This document shows, piece after piece, positions 1 through 9,598 of a stretch of 64,000 bases of DNA. The notes beneath the pieces were generated by a model that made no database searches, had not been told where the DNA came from, and was given only the letters and a program-made list of their open reading frames with translations. The position numbers and the translations under genes are program-made. The stretch comes from Zygnema circumcarinatum SAG 698-1b. Taxonomy: Eukaryota > Plantae > Zygnematophyceae. The first letter of the stretch is position 1, and every line of letters begins with the position of its first letter. The stretch lies in NCBI GenBank assembly GCA_037447605.1, contig CM074815.1, positions 1,364,001 to 1,428,000 of the forward strand, given 5' to 3'.

Positions 1-1059
1 TATGTGGGACCTTTCAAAGTCGTGAAGCGCATTGGAGAAGTGGCTTACCGGTTGGATTTNNNNNNNNNNGGTTGGATTTACCAGCCCATATGAAAGTGCA
101 TCCGGTCTTTCATGTGAGTCTGCTAAAGGCTTACCGACACGACGGGAGGATCCAACCACCTCCTACACCAGTGGAGATTGAAGGCGATCTTGAGTATGAG
201 GTTGAAGCCATTCAAACCCACCGAACAGTGCGAAAGGGTCGCAGATCCCATCACGAGTATCTCGTGAAATGGTTGGGCTATGGGGTTGAACATAGTACTT
301 GGGAGAAAGAAGGCAACTTGACCAATTGCCAGGAGCTCCTTGATTTGTATTGGGAGGCGCGGGCCGCCGGAGCGCGGGCGAGGGCTGAACGGGGGGTTCC
401 TGGGCAGTCTTCGCGCAACTCGGACGGGGACTTGACCGGGATTATCGCTGAGCCCTCCCGTACGTCACGCAGAGTTCGACGCGTGTCGTCGAAACTGCGA
501 GCTGCTTTGACTTGATTTACCCTCGTGAACGAGGACGTTCACACTTCGCATTGGGGGGGGGAGTAATGTAGCGAACTGAACGCTACAGACACCACGGTGC
601 CGCCGGCATCCTGAGGATCTCCGTACGGTTCGGCCGTACAAGCCGTCCGTACAGTCGTACGGTGTAGCCGTACGGATCCGTACCACCCGTACGGACGGTA
701 CGGACTGACGGCGATTCTGCGGCGTCGCGCGTCGCGTTCGAGATCGGAACGCGACCACGCACGCCGGTCGCCATATTGTGAGGACGGTCACGGCCGCCAC
801 ATCGAACGCCATGACCGCGACCGCCTCTCATACAACCGGCATTGACCAGCCGATTGGCCACGTGGCATAGCGCCATTGGCTAGCCCTGCTCCGGTCCCTT
901 CGCGGTAAAGAAGGGTTGGCCCGAGAGGGAGAAGCGTATAAAGAAGATAGGATGAATGCAAGAGGGGTCATGAAGGGGCACTTGTCGTTCAGAAACGGCG
1001 TACATTTAAGTGACTTAGTCTCTAGCAGGCTTTGGGTGTTGTGCTCAAGGCTTGTTACA
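1..1059 (+). mobile_element. Ty3/gypsy chromovirus (family A), 3' end: integrase tail, chromodomain, PPT, 3' LTR
   Basis: ORF 72-515 has the GPY/F-type tail (HPVFHVSLLK) and a chromodomain (EYEVEAI...YLVKWLGYGVEHSTWE). PPT GGGGGGGGGAGTAA at 553-566 is followed by LTR 567-1059 (TGTAGCG...GTTACA). Confidence 0.93.
567..1059 (+). repeat. 3' LTR of family A
   Basis: Starts with TG directly after the PPT and ends ...GGCTTGTTACA. Its right ~200 bp is the reverse complement of 52551-52748. Confidence 0.85.
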
Positions 1060-1997
1060 GCCGGATGGGTACGTTGTGAACGCCGGAGGTGAGGGTGTCT
1101 TCTGAGGAATCCCTTGCTCTGCTATAGGACTGCGTGCCGCTGCTGTGCTTGAAGGGACTCCTGGTGCAGTAGTTATCCGACTGAGATCTCGTGGGTTTTG
1201 TCTTTGGTGGGCCGCAGGGGGGATCTCAGGTTCGAACGGAACTCCTCTCTTCACGGCATCTGCGGCCGTTACAGCAACTGGGCAGGCTGCAAGCTTGATC
1301 ATCCTGCGTGCATATCGCCAGCGAAGTTTATGGCCATCACTACCTAGGTGGAGTCGCTGCAGCTCTTCAATCGACTCGATCTGCTCAAGGTAAGCCAAAC
1401 TGGGATAAGGGTTCTCTTCGGTGATGCCCATCTTCAGTCTCTCTCTGACTGCTTCTTCCTCTGAGTCTGAATCCGTCCTTGGATTTCCGATCGCCTGTTC
1501 TTCTTGAGGTCCCAAGTCTTCATCTGAATACTCATGAAGATCTGCTTGTCCCTCTTGTTGCAGCTCTTCATCCATGGCGGCTGTGACACGGGTCACAGGA
1601 TCGGCAGCCTCACGTATCAAGGTACGTGGATCTGCAAAACCTTCAGCTCTGATACCAAGATAAGTGGGGTTAAGAGAAGACTGCTGAGCTAGTTGCAGGT
1701 GCTGTACGGCCACTCGCGCGTCCGTGCTGAAACTAATGAAGGGTTGGGTTGGTGCTGTGGGTCTGCCTGCAGCATAGAGCCAGGATCCGGGAGATTCAGA
1801 GGTACGCGCAGCGGAAGACGTAGGGATCCTGAAGATGTTCCCACCGGCGGCTGGACTCGATGCGCAAAGGGCTCTTCCTTGGGGACTCTCCTCCCCTGTC
1901 CTCTTCTCGGCTAGTCTCTTAGCTAGGCTTCTAGTTATCATTGGTCATTGGGAGGAATGTAAAGAGATAGAACAAGATGGTAACTTGGCATAGTGAC
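1060..1997 (-). mobile_element. Fragment of a PBS-bearing retroelement (family G): partial LTR-like/leader region, tRNA-iMet PBS, acidic Gag-like N-terminus
   Basis: TGGTATCAGAGC on the minus strand at 1646-1657, then an ORF from ATG 1575 (MDEELQQEGQADLHEYSDEDL...). Truncated on both sides by gypsy LTR termini (1059 and 1998). Confidence 0.6.
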
Positions 1998-2740
1998 TGT
2001 AGCGAAACGCTACAGTCACCCCAAGGGGGAAGGGTTACTTAGAGCCCGGCGTGGCTTTATGTTTCCATCCAATGCAGTACCTAACGGTTAGGGCATCGGA
2101 TACCCTATAGGACCACGTAGGTCCTAGGTTCGAACCGTAAGAACTGGTTCACCCGTGGGGCCGCCACATAATCTCTATGGGCCCCACGTCAGCGGCCAAG
2201 GTCCCCTCCTCGGCATAAGGGAGGATTGGGGATTACTGGGACTATGGGCTCAATCTGGTCCCGTGACTCGCATCTCGGGCGCCCGCACCCCCTTTTGGGA
2301 GTCCGCGCACCATTACGAGACCCGCTGTACGGACGCAGCTCGCACAGCCCAGCCGCGCGCGCTGCGATTGACCGTGCACTGATGCATGCGCGCGCGCGCC
2401 CGTGTTTGCGGCCCGCGCGCGTGGATGCGGTGAGCTGCTTCGCACGCTGTACACCTCTTACCCATTCGTCGAGAGAGGACGCGTGGCGATCACACTTAAA
2501 TTACAGGCGGCCCGCACTTCCAATCCTCCATCTTTGGTAGAGAGGTTCGCGGGGCGTAGAGGATGAGGGGTATTTGTCGTCACCCAACCAACGTACCGGC
2601 ATACGGTTGCACCCCCGCCCCGGGCTGCTCCACTCTCTGAAGCTCTCTCTCTCTCTCTCTCTCTCTCTTGATTGAGACGCTGAGTGCAGGACTGAGTGCA
2701 ATTCCGCGCACGGCTGAAGAGGCAGATTTCAGCCGTTACA
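1998..2740 (+). repeat. 5' LTR of family C
   Basis: TGTAGCGAAACGCTACA...GCCGTTACA, followed directly by TTGGTATCAGAGCC (PBS). Confidence 0.92.
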
Positions 2741-2741
2741 T

Positions 2742-2754
2742 TGGTATCAGAGCC
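2742..2754 (+). promoter_or_regulatory. Primer-binding site, tRNA-iMet
   Basis: TGGTATCAGAGCC, 1 nt after the LTR end; complementary to the 3' end of plant initiator tRNA-Met. Confidence 0.92.
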
Positions 2755-2903
2755 GCGTTGCGGCCTTCCTCTGCAAGGAGGACCTGTTGGTCATGGTGAC
2801 CACTACTTGGGCGAGGAGGACCCGGGAGGCCCTACGGGGCTTTTCCTGTCCCCAGGGGCCGAGGTGATGGAGAGGAAAGAACTTTCAGCTGAGAAGCCAC
2901 CCC

Positions 2904-4304
2904 ATGGAGGGCCCGGTCAGAAACCCACCTGAGAATGACAGGTCATCCACGGTGGCTACTACCCCTTTCGCGTGCGGAGCCGCGCTGGCTCGATCCACGC
3001 CGATCCCGGTCGGGGCCCACATCACGGTGGGCGCGTCCCTGAAGATGAAGAAGAGAATCGACGAATTGGGAGCGGATGTAAGGCAGCAGCGCGTCGCGCC
3101 ACCATGGCCTGTACGAGGCAGGTGGACGACATGGAGCTCACGGTCCGCCGCTTGGTGGACACGCTCCAAATGGAGTTCCGGGGCCTTTCGGACAGGCTCC
3201 GGAGGATCGAGGAAGGTATGCCCCGAACCCCCCCTCAGGCTGTAGAGGCAGTGGATGCAGCAGGTCCTGGGGAAGGGGTTAGGCATACCACTCCGAGCGC
3301 GCCTGTCCCCGGCGCCCAATGGTGCCCGAAGGACCGGAGAGTTTGGACCCCTGGTCTTCCACGGAGGAGTCACCTCATGGGGGGCCCAACCACCCACAAA
3401 GTAGGGACCCCGTCGGGGAAACACGGCCGGAGGAGATCCCACTCTCGGGCTGCTCCTCCCATGACCCCTACTTGAGGATGCAGGGCGAGATAAGGCAAAG
3501 GTGGCCCCGCTTTCCTTTTGGGGCGAACATCCTACCACGGACTGCTCGATTGAGCAGTGGTTGGGTCAAACGAAGGGTTACCTTCTGGCGACCAACTGTC
3601 CCCCCCTCCAGTGGGTAAGCTTTGCTTACCCAGCACTCAGAGGAGCCGCATACCGTGTGTATGAGGGCCTCTCTGATGAGATTGGGGACGATTGGGATAA
3701 GTTCAGAGATGAACTTATCAAACACTTTGGGGCCTTGGATCTCGGCTTGGAGGCCCGGGATAAGTTTCAGAACATGGTCCAAACCGGCAGCGTCAAGCAG
3801 TTTCTGCGAGACCTGCGACAAGTGGTGCCCCAAATCACCACTCACAAGCCTGGACAGGCTGAGTTCTTTTTCCACTTCAGGAATGGCTTGAAGCCACACC
3901 TGAGGAAGCAGCTGAGAACTAACCCACGGACTCTGAAACCGTGGGACCCCGCTGACTCTGAGCTGTACTTTGATGCAGCCATTCAGTTGGACACCGCCCC
4001 TGCAGGCGATGCAGGCCCTTCCCGACCCCAGCAGAGGTCGGGCGACGTGACAGGGTCGTGGAAGGCGGGACTCTCAGCTCCTGCCAAGATGGCAGGAAAG
4101 AACAAGCGGAAGCAGCCGGAAGCGACTGCCCGCCCAGCCACTGCACGGCCGCAGAAGTTGACTCCAGAGGAAATGGAGAAGATGCAGCGGGAGAACAAGT
4201 GTTTCCGCTGCCGCAAGGAGGGGCACAAGGCCCGGGATTGCCCTCTCAACACCAAGGACAAGAAGGGCAAGGGGCCGGAAAACCCCAACCCACCAGCAGC
4301 TTAG
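2904..4304 (+). pseudogene. gag: gag of family C (N-terminal part split over frames; capsid plus CCHC knuckle intact in 3501-4304)
   Basis: Retrotransposon capsid motifs (W..F...L...F, L.QTGSV..F) and zinc knuckle CFRCRKEGHKARDC. Upstream coiled-coil-like segments lie in ORFs 2904-3245 and 2972-3475. Confidence 0.8.
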
Positions 4305-5288
4305 GGGTCGTTGCTGGTGGGCATGTTAGGCTAGGGGGAGGGAATGGAACTGCCATCAAGGATAGGAGACTATTATTTCTTAGAACCTTGGACATTCCTA
4401 AATTGATTGGCAAACCTTTGGGAGTGCAAGATCTCTTTGTGTTGGATGTACTTCCTTCTTCCATTTCGCTTTCCCCTGCCACTGTAGTGACTCCTTCTGG
4501 ACTTATGGATGTGGTGATGCATGGTCAATGGAACGTGTTTATCCTCAATGTCATGGGTAATGATGTCTTGGTGAATTGTGCCACGAATGCCATGCATGTC
4601 ATGCGGGACACATCCCATATCCTTGCGCTGCATGTGCTGGTTCCTCAGCACATGGCAGTTCGCACCTTTCCCAGCGCCACTTGGCGGTTGGTGAAACAGT
4701 TGAGGAAAGGGCACACGTTGGTGCAAGAGATGGAAGGATCCACCAGCTTGCTGGTTGGCTCACCCTACACATTGGTGTGGAGGACGGCTCGTCCTCAATC
4801 TTCGCACATAGTGCGATCTATGTTCCACCTTGCCCATCGTGCCATGACCTTCATCGGGTCAGCCAATGGCCACCCAGCAGTTCTACTGCTAGATACTGGG
4901 GCAGATGCTAACTTTGTTAGTTCTGCGTTCACCCAGAGATTTGGGTTGACCACAGATCCCCATTCAGAAAGTGTTACTTTCGGTGATGGACGCAAGGGCC
5001 GGATCTCTGGTAGCGTTACACTCAAGATCAAGCTCCAATCCTACTCCGGGAAAGTCAAGTGTCTTCTAACACAACTGGCCCCTGGTACTGATGTTATTTT
5101 GGGGAGTGCTTGGTTAACCATGGTCAAAGCACAAATGGACTTTTCTGTCCCACATTGCATTCTGCACAGTGGTGACAGGCGGCTTACCCTGCACCCTGGC
5201 AGAGCCACATCCTCTGCTATCAAGCAGCCTGCTACTCCTTATCTGTGCTCAGCTATGCAATTGGCCAAAGCAGTTAAGGAAGGTTGCA
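4277..5288 (+). CDS. pol: pol N-terminus of family C in the -1 frame: unknown ~180-aa domain plus aspartic protease, truncated by an LTR insertion
   Basis: ORF 4058-5293 overlaps the gag end in the -1 frame. Protease motifs LLDTGADANF and DVILGSAWL. The ORF stops where an LTR begins at 5289. Confidence 0.85.
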
Positions 5289-5710
5289 TGTAGCGAAACG
5301 CTACAGTCACCCCAAGGGGGAAGGGTTACTTAGAGCCCGGCGTGGCTTTATGTTTCCATCCAATGCAGTACCTAACGGTTAGGGCATCGGATACCCTATA
5401 AGACCACGGAGGTCCTAGGTTCGAACCGTAAGAACTAGTTCACCCGTGGGGCCGCCACATCATCTCTATGGGCCCCACGTCAGCGGCCAAGGTCCCCTCC
5501 TCTCAGCGTAGAGGAGGATCACGGACCAACGGCCCCGCGAGACCAATCCGGTCTCGCGATTGGATCTCGGGCCGAGGCCCGGATCCCCCTTTTGGAATTC
5601 CCCGTTCGTCCGTACAATAACGGTTACCCGTTGGTACGGACGGGCTGACAGTCGGACCCCGCGCCGCGCGCGTAGGATCCGACCGTGCACTGACATACGG
5701 CGGCGCGCTT
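5289..5710 (+). repeat. Truncated family-C-type LTR inserted in pol
   Basis: First ~150 bp nearly identical to 1998-2150 and 19413-19565. Joins directly to RT coding sequence (TTCCAGGCTGTCATGAAC, FQAVMN) at ~5711 with no PBS. Confidence 0.85.
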
Positions 5711-6393
5711 TCCAGGCTGTCATGAACGAATTGTTCATCGGCATGGACGACTTTGTTTTGGTTTACCTCGATGATATCCTTGTCTTCAGTAAGACAGAGG
5801 ACGACCATCTTGAACACGTTCGGAAAGTGTTTGAGACCCTGAGGAAACACCAGTTTCATGCCAAGAGAAAAAAGTGTCACTTCATGCAACGCGAGTTGCT
5901 CTATCTTGGGCATATCTTGAATGATCAGGGCCTTCGGCCTGACCCTGCCAAAGTTTCAGCGGTAGAAACGTGGGCGCCACCGACTGACTTGCATCAGTTG
6001 AGGTTTTTTCTCGGCTTTGCGAATTATTTTCGTAAGTTCATCCAAGGGTTTAGTAAGTTGGTTACTCCCTTGACTAATTTGACACGTTCCGGTGTCCCCT
6101 TCACATGGACCCCTGAATGCCAGGACGCGTTCGAGGGTGTACGCCATGCACTGGTTACCGCACCCACTCTCCGTTTAGCGGACCCGTCCAAGCCTTATGA
6201 AGTGGTTTGTGATGCTTCGGGATTCGCCTTGGGTGCCGTCTTGTTTCAGGATGGCCAACCTTTGGCGTATGAAAGTCGCAAAATGAATCCCGCTGAGCGC
6301 AACTATTTTGCAACAGAACAAGAACTGCTTGCAGTGGTCCACGCCCTGAGGACATGGCGGTGCTATTTAGAGGGGGCGAAAGCGGTCACGCTG
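5711..6393 (+). pseudogene. pol: Gypsy RT C-terminal half plus RNase H fragment
   Basis: VYLDDILVFS, LGHIL, FLGFANYFRKFI, VVCDASGFALGAVL, ATEQELLAVV. Cut at 6394 by a copia LTR. Confidence 0.92.
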
Positions 6394-7356
6394 TGTTGGT
6401 GGAGGGACTCCTCCACTGCTGCCGTCCGTTCCTCCATTCGGGTCACCCTCCATCGGAGTTCGCGTTCCAATCGACGATGACATCTTCAAATCTCTCACAT
6501 TCACTCATAGCCCATTTTACTCACAGAGTGAATCACAGTAAATAATGCACAGCGGAATAACAGAGAGAAATGAATAGGAGAAAGCTCCTGGCTCTAAAAC
6601 TCCTTAATAGTGAATTCACTCATACATTGAGAGACCCCCTCTCAAATCGACCGCTCAGCAATCTCAAAAGCTCACTACCTCACAGCACGAGTAAGTGTAG
6701 TGTCGCAACACGAGCGAACAGCATAACAGAGACTACAACAGCCTGAATGAATTGTTTGCCTACAACAAAAACAATCCTTAAATACTATGTCACTACACAC
6801 GTGACAACAACATGCTACGAAGCTTCACAACATCGACTAGCGGCCTGCAAGGGCCTTATCCCGATCCTAATCCTGCGCCGTCGGATCCTCGTAGACTCAC
6901 ACGGATCCAGCATTTTGCTTCCGTCGGATGCGACTCAGCCTTCCGCTCAATCCACGTTTGCCGAGGATCTGACCTTGCTTTCAAGATAGATGACGCGTCA
7001 TCGTCGTCTCATGTCGAGACTCCGACGGAGCTCGTAGCATTCCTGAATTGTGCCGCTCACAATCCTGACGCCACTTTGCGCCAAGTCCAAATCAGCCAAT
7101 CTAAGCTGACGCGTGCGCGTCAGTTCTGATCTCGCGTCAACGCGCGCCGCGTCAGCACTTTGGATCCGCTCCGTGCCGCGTCCGCGCCACGTCATCTCTG
7201 ACTACGTCGCGCCGATCCTCTCCACCGACCAAAGTCCGTACCGCCGCCCGTCGGTCTAGGCGCACATCGCCGCCAAGGGCCACACACACAACACACGCAC
7301 ACAAAACTAATGTCCCAACAACAACTTGTCTAGTGACTAACTACTATACACTTACA
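6394..7356 (-). repeat. 3' LTR of copia family E
   Basis: On the minus strand it starts TGTAAGTGTATAGTAGTTAG right after the PPT and ends ...CCACCAACA. Confidence 0.85.
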
Positions 7357-8439
7357 ATCCCCCTCTTTGGGACTTTAGTTTTGTTAGTGTAAAGTAGTTA
7401 GCGACTTGTTGTACACTAAGTTGTTGGTACTAATTTCTAAGGAGGGGTGTGCTCATGTTGTCGACATTGTACGGAGGGGCGTCTAGGCGACCGTACAAGT
7501 CTTTAAGGGGTGTGCGTATAGCGCGCAGAGTCTGATTTGGCAAGGCAAGGCATCAGAATGTCGGTGGAGCCAATCAGTGGTACGATTTGTAGGGCCAGGA
7601 CCTCGAATGTACGGACATTGGTCGGTGGCGCGGCGCGGCGTGGCGGAGTCAGATGTGACGTGGCGCGACGCGACAAATCGAGAAGTGACAAGGCGCGAAT
7701 CAGCGCGCGGAGCAGAACTGACAAGGTACGGAGTCAGCAATGATTCATTTGGAGGACAGTGGCGAATTGGAAGGCGCCACGTGTCGGGTTAAAGGGAAGG
7801 CCTGTACGGCCTAGGTCGGTGGCGCCTCGGGAGTGTGGGGGTCTGATACCATGCCAAGTATGGAGTTAGATCTACGGCGGAGGACAACGCGACGGAGATA
7901 AGGCTGAGGCGGATCTGACGGCATTGATGTGCTGGATCCGTGCAAGCTGAGGAGGATCCGACGGCGCGAGATTAGGATCGGGATAAGGGTCTTGCAAGGC
8001 GTAGCATGTGCGGCCGTGACGTGACAATGTCACTAATGGCGCCATATTGTATTTAAGGCTTAGATTGTTTGGTAGAAGTTAACCTTCTCGTGACTCACAT
8101 TGGGGAGTGAGGCTATCTTGCTTAGGGCCAAGAAGATAGTGGGAAGAGTTCAGCTTGTAGTGGGTGGTTTATTCACGTAGCTTGAGTAGAGGTGCTTGAA
8201 GCTTGGCTCTAGTGTTGTCAAGTTGTATTTCATCTTTATCTTAAGGAGTTTTAGGCTGGTGGCTTTCTCCTTACATTTTCATATTTCCGCTGAGTTGTTC
8301 TCTTGCATTTAGTGTGCTTTGTGTGATTGAGCAATTCATTGAAGATGTCGAGTTCTACCCAGGGTAGAGGAGAAGTGGCAGCCCCACCAAGGGAGGGCGC
8401 TGCAACAACAAGTGGTATCAGAGCCGAAGGCGAAGAAGA

Positions 8440-9330
8440 CGTGAAGTTTACCATTCCAACTTTCGATGGGAAGAACTACAAGCGGTGGAAGTTTCGCATG
8501 CTCACAGTGCTGGAGAACAAGCGGCTGTTGGGGTATGTGAATGGCTCCATTGTGGCCCCCGATTCTGAGATTAATCCACTTGAGTTTGAGAAGTGGAGGG
8601 TTAAGGATTGCAAGGTTAGGACCCTGCTTTGTGCTGGCGTTAGTGAGGAACCTACAGACCTGATTTCAGAGTTAAAGACAGCTCGGGAGATGTGGGATAC
8701 TCTAGAGAAGATTTATGATGTGGTAGATAATGCCACTGTAGTGTATCTCTACACGGAGCTAGGAAAACTCAGTTTGGATTCAGGGGAGGAGCTGAAAGAT
8801 TATGTGATCAAGTTTGATAATCTGATGCAAAAGTTTGATGGGATGAAGCAGCCCCTTCACTTGGATCACAAGATTAGTCTATTCCTTGGAGGCTTGCCGG
8901 ACAGATTTGACCCTGCTTGCACTGCTCTACGAACTCAGCTTTCCACGACTAAGATGACCTTTGAGCAGGTCAAGAGGAGAGTGGTAGAGGAGGATGGTCT
9001 TCAGGACAAGAAGCAGTACAGGTCAAGTTCGGAGAAACTGTATGCTGCAACTGCTCGCCCATACAGGAACGGCAAGGGACCAAACGCAGCCAAAGATGGT
9101 GGAGAGCTGAAGACTCAGAGGACTTGCTACTCTTGTGGGAAGACCGGTCACTTCAAGAGGAACTGCCCCAACGTTCAGAATGGCGGTTCATCCTCGAATG
9201 CAGATGCTCCAAACGAGCAAGAAGGGAGGAGGGGTGATGGCAGGTATCCCAGAGATGAACGCAAGAGGATTCACGAGACGAACTTGATGTTCTCGGATTG
9301 GGGACCTAATGATGAGTTTGTCGGATGTCT
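8440..9330 (+). CDS. gag: Copia Gag (UBN2-type plus CCHC knuckle) of family D; exact start uncertain, runs into a gap
   Basis: FDGKNYKRWKFRM, AREMWDTLEKIY, KISLFLGGLPDRF, CYSCGKTGHFKRNC. Clearly homologous to the gag of family E (ORF 16928-18019). Confidence 0.88.
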
Positions 9331-9598
9331 NNNNNNNNNNGATAGATCCAGTCCAGCTTGGAGGAGGAAAGGGGATGCTAGAGCAAGCATTGAGGCTCAG
9401 GGGAGCAGGGGATTATTTCGCCAACGACATTTCAGATAGCCAGGCTAAGGGGGTCAAAAGACCCATCACCGAAAGGGTGGACATTAGTGGTGGTGAGAAT
9501 GTGTGCGAATTCCAGGATCACTCAGAGTTAGTGAGCTCCAGGGAGGCCGGAAACACGGGCTTGTTGCATCCAAACAAGGATGGAGTTGAAGTGGAGGG

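Noticed and set aside
1993-2019. Extended 12-bp perfect hairpin GTGACTGTAGCG-AAA-CGCTACAGTCAC across the insertion junction
   Set aside because: The extra 5 bp come from flanking target DNA and are absent at the 5289 and 19413 copies; with one case it cannot be told from chance.
4373-4726. Antisense His-rich ORF overlapping the unknown gypsy domain
   Set aside because: The equivalent antisense frame in family A is interrupted by a stop, so it is not conserved.
4305-4845. Interpreting the extra gypsy domain as an env-like gene
   Set aside because: It lies between gag and protease within Pol rather than downstream of integrase, and shows no clear signal peptide or TM anchor.
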